From contig NC_068998.1 in NCBI RefSeq assembly GCF_001194135.2, positions 52,909,068-52,973,067 on the forward strand: a stretch of DNA of 64,000 bases, read 5' to 3'. A program made the translations under genes and the position numbers. Positions 41,850 to 55,015 of the stretch are shown here, in pieces. A model generated the notes under the pieces. The model was not told the origin of the DNA. It did no database searches and saw only the letters and a program-made list of their open reading frames with translations. This stretch comes from Octopus bimaculoides (Eukaryota). Position 1 is the first letter of the stretch, and each line of letters starts with the position of its first letter.

Positions 41850-42640
41850 TAAGTTGATTAGTTTTCCTCTATTTTCTTCTCACACTTTTTTAGTCCAAAT
41901 CTAGTTATTTTGTAGTACTTCCAGTTACTAGTTACTACTTCTCTCATTGTATATGCTTTTAGGTGTTGGTAGCTCGGAACACTATTAGTAGCTCCATGGC
42001 TTTCATGTCTGAGCTCTTCAATTCGCTTATCTTCTAACTTAATTTGCTAAACTTGTAGTTTATTGCTGGAATGTCTAGTTTATTTATTCTTATTAACTTA
42101 TACTTAACATTCAGCTATGTTTTTTTTTAATACATATCGCATTGTTCTGTGGCAAAAGTTTCTAATTTTCTTCCTCGTGACTCCATGCTCTATCATACCA
42201 TCTTCTCTCGTACATTTGTACGGGTACTTAATTCTGCTCTCATTCTCTAACTCCAGTGTCTTTTTGTTGTTTAATGCTTTCGGTTTTAGTTAAATTGCCT
42301 CTTCTTATTGTAACCTTCACACGTTTATCAAATCCCATGCCAGATTTTATGTCTCGACTGAATTCACGAATTATTTGTAACTGTATTTCAAGTTGAATAT
42401 TGCTCTTTGTAAATGTTTTAAAGTCATCCGTAGATAGATGAGATAATTTGTCCGTAGCATTTACGACCGTTGGTTGGGCAGCTTTATTCAACGAATTTAT
42501 TAATGGTGTCAGAGCCAGGAAAAACAATACTGGATGCAAAGTCTCTCTGGAAGATTATTTTCCTCATGACTATCTGGCTGCTTTTTAATTACCTTCATTC
42601 TGACAAGTATTGATATGATTGTTTTCCATTTCGATATAGC
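41850..42640 (-). mobile_element. R4/Dong-clade non-LTR retrotransposon RT fragment (decayed)
   Basis: KWKT...IFQRD (cf. IFQGD), PVLFFLALTPL (cf. PLLFCLALIPL), LSHL..DDFKTF (cf. ISHLLYMDDLKLY), FSRDIKSGMGFDK (cf. FS.DI.M.FGLDK). Confidence 0.8.
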
Positions 42641-42659
42641 ATGGTTGATATAATTTATA

Positions 42660-42660
42660 G

Positions 42661-42720
<60 letters not shown>

Positions 42721-42731
42721 CATTATTATTA

Positions 42732-42808
<77 letters not shown>

Positions 42809-42810
42809 AT
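42660..42810. repeat. Long (ATT)n tract (~150 bp)
   Basis: Seen directly. Confidence 0.98.
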
Positions 42811-42813
42811 TAT

Positions 42814-42932
42814 AGGTGGCAAGCTGGTAGAATCGTTAGCACGCCGGGTAAAATGCTTAGTGCCGTTTCATCCATCTTTACGCCTTGAGTTCAAATTCCG
42901 CCGATGTTGCCTTTACCTTTCATCCTTTCAGA
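42814..42932 (+). mobile_element. SINE family A 5' part
   Basis: ggtggcaagctggtagaatcgttagcacgccgggtaaaatgcttag...gagttcaaattccgcc. Confidence 0.9.
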
Positions 42933-43938
42933 ATCGAAGCGCATCAAAGTCTAATCTCTTCAGTTCACTAACAATAATCATTATGGACGATTATTTCCGT
43001 ACCTGCTCAGTATGAATAAATATGAATATCAAAATATCCGGTTCTCTCATGCTGAAGATCGTGTCAGGTGTTTATCGACGCCTTGCAGAGTTACACAGAT
43101 CCATGGGGCTATTATTGACCATTATGCCAACCTTTCGTTTAAATAGGTGGCTACAAAAAAAAGCTGCAAAACTAAAGTTTAAAAAATACTAAAACAATTT
43201 GAACTTTACACGTTGGAAGTCAAATTAAATAAAATGACACTAATGGGCAATAATTTTTTCTACGCTAGGCACAAAGCCCGAAATTATGGGGTAGGGGGCC
43301 AGTCGATAAGATCGACCCCAGTACGCAACTGGTACTTAATTCATCGAGCAATTATCTAATAAGGCAATAATCATCTAATGGGCAATAATCCTCATACGAA
43401 TGAAAACATCTCGATATAAGTTTCAGGTAATATGCTATTAGAAAATAATGGTGAAAACCTGGAATTGGTAAAGCTTCTCATAGCATTCATGCTCTTCATG
43501 GAATCGGTGATAACTTATCGACCACCATCATGTAAATTTCTAAAAGTATAATTGATAAAACAATTCTTAATTTAAAAGCAATATTTCATATGTTTCTGTT
43601 TGTGGTTGTTTTTGCTTGTCATTAGTGCACTGTAATGAGAAATAGTTAAAGAAATCTAACGAAAGTACTTAATGAAATTAATGAAGAACATTAAAGATTC
43701 AGCCATATATTGATAAAGTCGGAATATTTAATGGGAAATGTGTGTTTGGTGAATACAAGTTAATATTGAATTAGTTAATATTTCGTTGGAAATTAGTGAG
43801 TTTTAGTCTTAAGTTACCCACATTCTTCCAGGTTCAGTTTCCTAACGCACTTGATGTTCAAATTCGTTTCAGGCGTTGATCGACCCTTAGGATGTCATGT
43901 AGATTCCCATGGATCGATCCTGACTAGTTTGTCCTCAC

Positions 43939-43974
43939 CTGGTCCAAACAGTTGGCTTAAAAGTAAATGCAAAG
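43939..43974 (-). other. Candidate 36-nt in-frame micro-exon
   Basis: Long pyrimidine tract ending cttctcattttgtccag, donor CAG|GTGAGG; two frames open (FAFTFKPTVWT or LHLLLSQLFGP). Confidence 0.3.
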
Positions 43975-46118
43975 CTGGACAAAATGAGAAGTGCGAGAGG
44001 AGTTGAAGTAAAAGTAATAAGAAAGAAAGTGGGTGAAAGGATGGATGGAGAGAGGGGGGGGGAAGAGAGGAGGTTAAGACAGTGACACAGGAAGAGTGAG
44101 GGGGAGAGAATAATGTAATTTAAGGGAGAGTGAAAAAGAAAGAGTGCTGAAAAGAGAAGGAAGAGTTTACACTTTATATCTTTGTGTAACACACTTTAAT
44201 AGATATAATTTCTGACAAGATGCCTGCTTTTTCTTTCGTTTCAAGTAGAATACTTGAATCAAACATTCATGCTTCTCGTTCTGAAGACTATATCAATGGA
44301 AGATTCTCTATCGATCTCCATTAATTGATATCACGAACCAATTTTACAGAGAATCTTATTGATAAACATAAATCCATTGGATCAACATCCATCTCGATCA
44401 AACGTAATTCCTAAGGCAAGCAACCCAAAAGCTTAACTGAATGTTGGTAGAAATTCACTTTGCATATTGTCCAACCTAGTTACAGAGCGAATGAACCTGT
44501 TCCTTATATTTATTCAGCCTCAGCCTGCATGTGTAACATGAACTTCAGATTCTAAATAGTGTAGCGTTTATTTACACAATATGCATTCATTCAAATTTCA
44601 AATACAGTTCACACAATGATTCTGAAAATTTCAACAATCCCCTGATAGATTCATAAATAAAAGCACAGCAAGTTGTTCTGCAAACAAAAAAGATCACCAA
44701 ACAGGCAACCGAAATGGTAAAATTTCAAGTGAAACTTTACAAATAATTCTATGAAATTTAAGGGAAGGAATTGTCACATGCTATATATTTATTGAAACCT
44801 TACAAGAATTAATGTTTGGGATTTACTTTTACAAGTAAATTTTCTCATTTAAGGAATGAAATAAAATTAAGAATGCTCTGTTACTTAATATGCAGAGTGT
44901 ACGAGAGTCCAGGAATAATGAAGCATGAACTTGCAGCTCACTGCTTTGAATGTAAAAGCTACACCTTCAACGAAAAAGCAAAAAGAAAAAGAATTAAGCT
45001 ATTTCGTTTTTCGTTTTTCTTTTAACGAAACGGTAAACATATGATTAAGATTTAAATCTTAAGATAAAGTGTTTGTAATAAAGATGTCAAGTTCCCTGAT
45101 ATTTATCTACTTAATTAGTGCTGATCCAAGATATCCATCACCTTCTTCTTCTTCTTCTTCTTCTTCTTCTTCTTCATCATCATCATCATCATCAACCTAA
45201 TCGCCGACATCGTTGTCGTTGCCGTCATCATCATAATGATTATCAACAAGAATAACATCACCACCACCATCATCACACCGCCACCACCACCACCGCTGCC
45301 GCCGCCCTCAGTGCCTCGCCGCCGCCCTCAGTGCTTCGCCGCCGCCGCCTCCAGCAAATTCAACATTAGAACAGCAACAGAAATAAAGAAAATATTGCAC
45401 GAATTAAATTTTATATACTTTAAATACACAACTTTGAATAACAATAAATTCTCGAGTCTTATTCAATATAAATTGCTATTGATCTCTTCCACCTCCTCCT
45501 CCTTCTGATCATCATCATCATCACCATCATTACGAAATTCCGTCATATTTTTTTCTACAAACTCTTTATTCTTGTTACTGTATATCCTCGAAGAGAGAAA
45601 CAGGTTAGAATCTCTATTTCAATTATAGGAGCTTAGGCAGTAACCAATAGTCTTTCTAGGTGGATCATTATTCACAAGTATTCAAAGACTGGTATTATTC
45701 AAACAGGATTTATATTTGCTGTCATTTTCGCGAAGATTTAAAAGTATGAGATCTCGATTTGCTTGTATGCAGATGAGAAAATTTCGGCAATATGTCTTAA
45801 GCACCAATTTCACTTCAGAAGAGACTGGAAAGAATTGATCAAATTATTTTCCCTAAGTTTTACTCTCTAAATGGATTTGTAACAGGTATTGCTAATGTAA
45901 ATCTGCTAAAAGATTCACTGCTATGTTAAGTCTAGAAAATGTATTCTGCAGTGTTGCAGTCGAGACACACCTAAACGCTATAAAACTGTTACTGAATGCA
46001 GACTGATGGGCTAAACCTTTGATTTAGATGGAAAATTAGACCGAAGTGATGGTTACGAAGAAAATTCGTTAATTAGATTTAACATGACTCGACAGAAACA
46101 TTACCACATTTGACACCC

Positions 46119-46134
46119 CATCCATATATGGATG
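46119..46134. promoter_or_regulatory. Perfect 16-bp palindrome containing a CArG box (CCATATATGG)
   Basis: CATCCATATATGGATG in a repeat-free region; matches the SRF consensus CC(A/T)6GG. Confidence 0.3.
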
Positions 46135-48014
46135 TCAATAACGCTTGGTAGGAAACACATTAGAACATTCGATAAACTTCGATAAACTATACTTAGACCA
46201 CAAAGACAGTTTCAACACCCAGCTTGTGAAAGGAAAGCACGAACAGAGAGAATAATGATACGTGTAACGTCTTAATGTAAGAGGTCAAGTTCTAGTTTAG
46301 GCTTTCAGCTGTAAATAATTCATTTTTTTAAATACAAAAGCACATGAAAGTCAGAAGAATATGGAGCCTACACATCCAATTTTCCACTCCATAGGCAATC
46401 TCAGGATAAAAGAGAAATTAAACAAGAGAACAAGAAACTAGGAGCTATTTGGAGTTAATTAAAGGAATTAAGACTTTTGTGAGGAAAAAAAGTTATATCT
46501 TGCACAGCATGGTGTGATTTTTCTCTTAATAACTTTATCTTTCTTCTTAAGTCACAAATCAATAACGAGTATGAATTAATAATTATGTAATTTAATCAAT
46601 ATACATCTTTAATGAACTTAATAGTGTCAACAGAAGTAGATTATGATGTAATATTACAACAAAAATCATAATTTAAATTTCGTGAAATAAATAGAACTCT
46701 CGAGTATGTGGGTTCCCTGGAAAATGATCACTCTACAAGTAAAAGCTTAACGTGTCTTCAGCACCAACACCGGACCAATTTGATAGTTCCTTAAAGTTTT
46801 GCGCAAAGGAATATAATTATGCTTTACGCTGCTTTTCAAAATGCATTAAATAAATAAATGTACTGAACTTTAATAAAGGAACAATAAAACATGGAAAGTT
46901 AAATGCATTACTAAGATAAATATTATTTCATGAAATTGAAAAAGCCGCATAATTTATGGGTTGACCCGATATATTTACATCTATATTGACATATGAATAT
47001 AAGCCTATATTCATACATACCTATTCACTCATGCAAAAATAAAAAACATCGAGAAAATATATTTAAGTAGTCCTTTTGTGCCCTCATTTCATGCTTGGTA
47101 GAACCGTTAAATTCTCTTATGACCCATTCGCCGAATAATACATTTTTAGTTTGTTGGCAAAATGCAAATGTAAATAGCTTTTGTTTTTCCCTGCAATATA
47201 TATGTAATAAATAATGCTGAATTATATGTGTACACGAATATAAATTTATATAATATAGAAAAATATATGTAAATTGCATATTTAATAAAAGCAGTATTTA
47301 TAAGTAAGTTACTATGAATTTCATGCTCCGATAGCGCCGTGGTGGGATGAGGTTGTACAGCGTGACATGTATTATCCTGATATTAATCCCTCACTGGATA
47401 AAATGGTAAAAGTACATTGTATACATAAATATATATAATTGTAAAAATATCTCCTCTCATTCGTTATATTAAGGTTTAGACTTATTTCTACGCACTCACA
47501 CACACCCATAAACTCAACAACAACAACAACACACGCACACAGACATCCGCACATATACTTGTCCTTACATGCATACACGCATCAATGAATACCTAGACTC
47601 GTTCGAATGCAAGAATGACAAAAAAGTGCATACTCAAAAGAGTGCAAAATGATAGCTAGAAGTGATAAAAACCAATATTATTTGTTAATGGGATTTATAC
47701 CGAATCGAAATGTATTTTGGTACATTTGCAAGAATTAAATATTTCTCTCTTCACTTTTTTTCTTTTACTGATTCAATTCGCTTCGCCGCCGGTCGTTTTT
47801 AAATTACCTTGTGTTTACCTTATTTATTTCAGTTTCTTTGCATTTTAAATCTGCAATGGAACAAGCAAATTATGTATTCCTTAAACATTACCTAGAATAC
47901 CTATCATAAGTTTTAATGAATTTTTCCTGGAATTATTTTGTAATTTATAACAAAACTAAATGTGAATACACTTATCAGTTGCAAGAGATTGTGCAGATCC
48001 ATTCATCAGACGTT

Positions 48015-48630
48015 CAAATATCTTCTCCTTTGTACGGCAACACCTCGAATACTGTTGTCCCCTGTGGTCTCCCCATACAAAGCAAAGCATCTTGAAAATT
48101 GAATCACCCTAAAGGGCATTCACTAAAATAATTAAGGCCATGTGATCACGATTATTGGGACCGTCTAAAAGCATTGAAACTCTATTCTCTCCAGCGCCAT
48201 CATAAAGGATACATCATTTGCACGATGTGGAGGATATAACACCAGCATTGCCCAAACGACCACAACATTAGCCTAAAAAATTAATCCAAGGCTAGGACCA
48301 CGGGCGATGCATACCCTACCCAATTCAGAATCACAACACATAAATGCACTGCAACACAATTTCTTTTCCGCACCAGGCATCGCCCTATTTAACATTGTCC
48401 CGAAACAGATCAAAAATCAAAAGGATCTGATGACCTTTAAACGGAACCTGGACAAATTTCCTCAAGGAAAACCCGATAAGCCACCTATATGATAATGCAA
48501 CTCACTCAACAAGAACTCCATACTCGAATGGACCACGATACCACAAAAGAGGATTTAGCTAATCCTGTCAGGCGGTGCTATTAAATTAGACATGACCCGG
48601 ACCAATCTTCGGTCGAAACATATCTAAGTA
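48015..48630 (+). mobile_element. CR1-like LINE 3' end (decayed)
   Basis: VRQHLEYCCPLWSP...AFTKII...PGIALFNIVPKQI...FKRNLDKF...PDKP motifs across frameshifts; terminal stem-loop gacc-aatcttc-ggtc followed by atctaagt. Confidence 0.85.
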
Positions 48631-48982
48631 TTTTTTGTTTTATCTAAGTTATATATCATCAAATAAATGGCATGTACGAAACTTTTCTCCTTGGAGTTAC
48701 TTTCTTTACTTTCTATTGATTAAGAAGACGTATACATACACACACACATATATATATACACACACATATATACACGCACGCACACATATATACATATACA
48801 CGACAGACATACATATACAAACACACACACACAAACACAAATACACGCACATACATACACACACACACGCACACACACACACACGCACATATATATATAT
48901 ATATATATATACTTTTGTAATTACGCCCCTACAACACACACACACGTATATACACACACATAGGTTTAGACAGACAGACACA

Positions 48983-49069
<87 letters not shown>

Positions 49070-49353
49070 TCACGTAGCTCTGTCTGTGAGTGTATGCGTT
49101 TCTATGCCCTTCAGTAATGTAACTCAACAAATGACTAAACACACTTTAAATTAATAAATCTGTACATATGTCTTAATATAGTCTAAGGCTTCCTGTGAAT
49201 GTACAGATGTTTAGAAAAATTCTTAATATAGACGCTATAATACAGATTCAATTTCATACCAGACAATTTCTCTTAGTTTGTTATTCACAACCTGTCAGAG
49301 AAATTATTGTAATACCTCTCTCTCTCTCTCTTTCCCCCCCTCTATCTTTCTCT

Positions 49354-49397
<44 letters not shown>

Positions 49398-49984
49398 ATC
49401 TTTCTCTTTCTCTCTCTCTCTATATATATCTATCTATATCTATATATATCTATTTATCTGTATGTATCTTAAAGCATGACACTATTAGTAGTTCTTTTGT
49501 AATTGTTTGTGTTTGTATATGTATACATATATATGTATATGTATATATATATACATATATATGTATATATATATAATATGTATATATTTATATAAATACA
49601 TATATATATATATTTTTATACATATATATTTAAATATATATACACACACACATATATATACACTTATATATGTATATATCTTTATATATGTGTGGTGAGG
49701 TGTGTGTATTTGTGTGTACGTATTTTCACAATTTGTCTTTTTTTTATTTGACGTCACCGTCTATGCACATAAGATAAAATATTATTTGAAAATATTTAAA
49801 AAGTAAATATGGCTCTGCTATTTTGCAGAAAAGCTTAAGAAGTTTGAAATCGGTAGATTTATAGAATAGTGAAAGCCTCGGATAAAATTACTAGCGTTGA
49901 TTGATCCGGGTCATTATATTCCGTGCTCAATTACTGTCGTATATAACTATGCCTCCCATCATTTCAGAGCTGATAAAGTATTTT

Positions 49985-50023
49985 AGCAATTAAGCAATTA
50001 AGCAATTAAGCAATTAAGCAATT
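49985..50023. repeat. (AGCAATTA)n tandem repeat, ~5 copies
   Basis: Seen directly. Confidence 0.95.
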
Positions 50024-50752
50024 TGAGTGAATTGAAGGTGCAGATGTTATCTTTAATAAACTGGGCAACCACATCGAAACTCACACATTAGCTTCATTCT
50101 TCCTTTGTTTTTTATTGTTACAAATGTTTTAACACTTAAAGGACCGAATGTGTCAATTAAAGCATTTTGAAATCTTAATTGCACACAATTTAAAAACTAT
50201 TGTAGATTTTGACATCGTAGCGCTTAACTTTTCATAGTTTTATGATATCTATTTACACTATAAATTATAGGTTGTTTGCATCGTCTGTAAAATAGATAAA
50301 ACACATGTTACTTATAAGGACAACAGGAGTCAATTGGCGCTTTGGAAACTTTCGAAACTTACATATGACAAGGTTTTCAATATTCAATAATTGCATAACC
50401 TTTACAGCTCGCAAAACAAAACTGCAGTTTAGTCGGAATAATTCCTCAGAAGAGAAGAGAATTACCAGAAACTGTAAAACAGGTGAAACCTGTCCATAAA
50501 ATTGTGGTTTTGAAAGCCACAGAGAAACCGATTGTCACTCATCGTACCAATGCATAAAAAAAAAAATGAACGTCTGTTGTTGTTTTGAGTACCTTACAGC
50601 AACAGGTAGAAGTTCCTTTTGAATATAACCCCAAGAACAAGCGTGACACCATACATTTTTATAACAAAAATAAGGTAGGCTTAGACGAACTTGGTTAAAT
50701 GGCGAGGCTTCCTTCAGTCAAAGCAAGCAGTAGACGATTGCCAACGCACTTT

Positions 50753-50994
50753 TTAAGATATTTTGGATGTTGCTCTTATAAACATCTGAGGAATATACAC
50801 AAGTGCTTCCAACTCAGTCATTAGTCGACAGGAATCTATTCCAAAAGTTGCTGAAGAACTTTGTGATGATTCAGCTGGGCGTTTGATAGTACACGAACGA
50901 CGGTGAGGTGAATCATGACAAAGCTCTTCAGCCTCCGAGTTAACTCGAGGTGAGCTGATAATAATTGGTGTAGGGTTCGTATATGATCCTAGCA
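50753..50994 (-). CDS. Candidate terminal coding exon of an unidentified gene
   Basis: Acceptor cctttcctgtgttgtatag, then 79 open codons (LGSYTNPTPIIISSPRVNSEAEELCHDSPHRRSCTIKRP...SKIS*), repeat-free downstream sequence and AATAAA at 50111-50116; no homology recognised; a second acceptor at 50988 opens another frame. Confidence 0.35.
50850..50932. ncRNA. Candidate RNA hairpin (24-bp arms, 22/24 matched, 35-nt spacer)
   Basis: gctgaagaactttgtgatgattca (50850-50873) against tgaatcatgacaaagctcttcagc (50909-50932). Confidence 0.35.
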
Positions 50995-51589
50995 CTATAC
51001 AACACAGGAAAGGAGGTAACAAAACACTTTTGTCATGAAGTATAAAATAAAGGATAAAATAAAGTATCAAACTGGCTTTTTTAGTTTTCGTATTTGAAAC
51101 TTATTATGTCGTGTTGAATGATTTTGAAACATCAGAAATCTTAGATTCGTATATTTAAACATTTGAGCGGATAAAATAAATATTGTTTATAGGAAGCTTT
51201 TCTTTTTTCTTCACGCAATGTGCTTATTATTTAATGGAAATTCAAATTCATACTTTCGTTGTTTTCTGCATTTCAACAAAAGAGTCTTATTTCTAAAACC
51301 TGTTGTTGCTTTGTCGAATATTTGAATGGAAATACTGAGAGCCATTCCTGCTCACACATAATTAGGTATAGGCATAAAAAATATAACGATTTTAAATTGC
51401 TAAAAATAGCCATACGTGTAAGAAAATAGTAGACATGTTCAACAAGATATATTAAAGATACGTTATTCAATAACGCTGTTTTTAAACCTAATCATATCCT
51501 GGAAGGATAATAGAAGCAGTTACAGGGGGGGGGGGCAGGTGATTCTCAGCCATGTTGCCCCACAAAACCTAAGAACCTTTCGGTCCAGA

Positions 51590-51682
51590 GAAGAAGGTGT
51601 TATCATTATTCTTTTCTCCTCGTTTGTACGGCTACACCTCGAAAACCGCTGCCCCTATATAAGACAAAACATTTCGAATATT
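51590..51682 (+). mobile_element. CR1-like LINE fragment running into a gap
   Basis: FVRLHLENRCP resembles the VRQHLEYCCP motif at 48030. Confidence 0.55.
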
Positions 51683-52073
51683 NNNNNNNNNNNNNNNNNN
51701 NNNNNNNNNNNNNNNNNNNNNNNNNNNNNNNNNNNNNNNNNNNNNNNNNNNNNNNNNNNNNNNNNNNNNNNNNNNNNNNNNNNNNNNNNNNNNNNNNNNN
51801 NNNNNNNNNNNNNNNNNNNNNNNNNNNNNNNNNNNNNNNNNNNNNNNNNNNNNNNNNNNNNNNNNNNNNNNNNNNNNNNNNNNNNNNNNNNNNNNNNNNN
51901 NNNNNNNNNNNNNNNNNNNNNNNNNNNNNNNNNNNNNNNNNNNNNNNNNNNNNNNNNNNNNNNNNNNNNNNNNNNNNNNNNNNNNNNNNNNNNNNNNNNN
52001 NNNNNNNNNNNNNNNNNNNNNNNNNNNNNNNNNNNNNNNNNNNNNNNNNNNNNNNNNNNNNNNNNNNNNNNNN
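51683..52073. other. Assembly gap
   Basis: Run of N. Confidence 1.
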
Positions 52074-52225
52074 CGATTCCTTCGACTAAAAGTGGTGCTC
52101 CAGTTTGGCCGCAGTAAAATGATTGAAAATAGGTTTAAAATAAAGGAAGATATTCTAAAAACATAGATGGAATTTTTTGCTCTCAATTGCTCATCTACAC
52201 TGTTTTCATCTCAGCTCCTTGCCTA

Positions 52226-52301
<76 letters not shown>

Positions 52302-52488
52302 ACGTCTCCATCGTGCTTCTACCGATTAACTTCTCACTCTGTCCTATGCTTAACATGCTTAACATGCACTTAGGTGCCCGAATTCTCGTCACAGTCGGCT
52401 TCCATTTCATAAGCCATTGATCGCAAATCTCAAGCTGAACTTAGCCAGTCATCCATACTCCTTAATGACCAAACTTGAAATACTACAG

Positions 52489-52519
<31 letters not shown>

Positions 52520-52740
52520 ATCAGAAATACAGTATCTTCCTTTTACACAAACCTGATGCATGACTCAATGAACACGCGGACACACAGACACACAAACATA
52601 GAAATACGCACGCACAAACGCACACGTGTGTACCTGTATTAATGGTTGTTTTTATGGGGAATCTTATGCCAAAACATTGTATCATTCAACTGAAGCCACT
52701 GTCACCATTTCTTTTATTATGCATTTGTGCGTGTGTGTAA

Positions 52741-52939
52741 GGCGGCGAGCTGGCAGAAACGTTAGCACGCCGGGCGAAATGCTTAGCAGTATTTCGTCTG
52801 TCTTTACGTTCTGAGTTCAAATTCCTCCTAATTTCAACATTTCGCGATCGATAAAATAAATACCAGTTGAGTACTAGGATCGATATAATTGATTAATCCC
52901 CACCCCCAAAAATGCTGGCCTTGTTTCAGAATTTGAAAC
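52741..52939 (+). mobile_element. SINE family A, best-preserved copy
   Basis: ggcggcgagctggcagaaacgttagcacgccgggcgaaatgcttagcagtatttcgtctgtctttacgttctgagttcaaattcc...gctggccttg...aatttgaaac. Confidence 0.93.
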
Positions 52940-53470
52940 TAATATATGGTTTATTCTCATGCTACAAGAAACGACATTTCTGCAAGATTCCACGCATTGG
53001 GATCGAATTCCTGGCCTCGTAGTAGCGAAGTAAACGTTTTCACCATTCCATTATATTATGTCTACAGCGCAAACGTGTAGATGTAATTGTCGAAAATTAA
53101 AAAAAAAGCATTTATATGACAAAATAGTTGAAAGAAAGGCTCCAAAAATACATGAAAATACAATTTGGTAACTAATTATGTTTTGTTCAGTAGATGAATA
53201 ATTTCAACTTGTATATTTTCTTGTAATGGCAGCCTTTTCTGGAAATCGACCTTCAGTCTGTGGGTCCAACATATACCACAGTGTAAAACTTTTCAGGCAA
53301 GTATAAACTTTCCTAATTCTTCTAAACGATATGTAACGAGTAATAAAAGCTTATTATATTTAAATATTCACATAAATTATGCAATTTTATGCTCATATTT
53401 GACAAATGTCTGATTCCTAATTGATTTTACATATAATAGTTATTATGACCGAATTTGATGCAATTCTTAC

Positions 53471-53614
53471 AATTCTGTCTCGAATATTAAATAATGAGTT
53501 GGCAATATAATCTGGTAGAGCGTCATTACAGGAACGCTGGTGAAATTTCCGTAAATTCTCTGAATTTAGGCTACTTGCCGCTTCTCGTTTGCTGTGAATA
53601 TTTCCATAAAGTTT
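53471..53614 (-). CDS. Candidate internal coding exon (144 nt, phase 0-0)
   Basis: Acceptor tttttatag, donor ATT|GTAAGA, open frame KLYGNIHSKREAASSLNSENLRKFHQRSCNDALPDYIANSLFNIRDRI; no homology recognised. Confidence 0.3.
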
Positions 53615-54019
53615 CTATAAAAATCTGATCTAACAGAACTTTCCAGATAGGTATTTTCTTTTGAAATACATGTACAATTTCATAGTGGTGTTCATAGGTC
53701 ATCATTATTGTTTGGTATCTTATAAAAAGTCTGTTTGTCATTACGTTACTTAGCCTGTCGGTAACGCTTTCACGCGATTAGAGAAAGAGAGGGAGAAAGA
53801 ATAGAGGGAGAGAGAAAAAGGGAGTGACAAAAACGTCCATGATGTGAAGTAGAGACAAAGTAATTGTAATGCTTTCATGTGATTAGTTGAATGGAAAGAG
53901 ATAGTAAGAGAAAGATAAAGGAGAAGGAAGAAGGGGATAAGGTGTGGTGGTGGTGGTGGTGGTGGTGGTGAGTGCATAGTGAACTGTATGTTTTTCATAG
54001 CACCTATCACTTAACGTAT

Positions 54020-54222
54020 GCGCATCCCAAACTTGCCATTCACTTTCGAAAGAAACCAGTTTCCCGTTCACCTGTCCTATGCAAATTCAAAATTCACTCG
54101 CAAGTCATTGGTTGTGAAGGCGCTGTAATGGAAGACACTTGCGCATAATGCTACCGCATGGAATTGAACCCCAGATCATGTTTTTTCAAGCGGTTTCTTA
54201 AACACACAGCCACACCTGTGCC
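54020..54222 (-). mobile_element. SINE family B head
   Basis: aaattcactcgcaag...ggaagacacttg...ggaattgaacccc...acacacagccac. Confidence 0.75.
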
Positions 54223-54964
54223 TATTGTAGCAAAAGCGATCACGGTACCATCAAACTTGTGTTGATATTTAAGTATTATTTCTGTTGTTGCTTTGTTTTG
54301 CTTAGTCTCCAAAAGCATATTGGATTAATAGGAGAATACGGCAGTAGTAGAATTGGAAAGCTCTACTGGGTGCAAAGAACCATCCGGTGGATGATAAAGT
54401 ATTAGGAGCAATAGACTCTGATTCCCTTTATACATTTACAACGACACTATAGTGCATCAATGTTACATGAATTAAGTACATAATATTTATTTCAATACAG
54501 ATATGTTTTTGTACTTCCTACTTTGAGAATAAGCGAAATAGCATCGGCCCAAGACTTTTGCAACGTAGTCTGTTTGTTCTAAGTATGTGCTTAAATAAAA
54601 TAAATTTATGAATGTTATTAAATTAATAATGCAATAAGAAAGTAATGACATTGACAGTGATATAAATGTTGTAGGATATGAAATGGGTAAACTAAAAACG
54701 AAAGAGATATCAACGATTACGTAACCTAATAAATAGTGTTTATGGGTTTCACAAAATGATTTCATCCCAAAAAAGCTTTTATTCTGCCATCTATTTAAAC
54801 GATTGCTCGTTCATTAAAAGGGCTACGTTATCATACTCATCTAATATATTTAATATCGATGTTTATTCATAAGGTTTATTGCCAACGGAATGGTCAATTC
54901 ATACAACGAATTTATACTTTCTCTTTCAAATTTCAGATTTCACACTCGTTTGTGTGTGTATATA

Positions 54965-55015
<51 letters not shown>

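Noticed and set aside
50365-50482. KGYAIIEY (RNP-1-like) on minus, and a 75-nt AG/GT-bounded open segment on plus (50408-50482)
   Set aside because: A stop follows the RNP-like motif at once; the plus segment has no partner exons or homology
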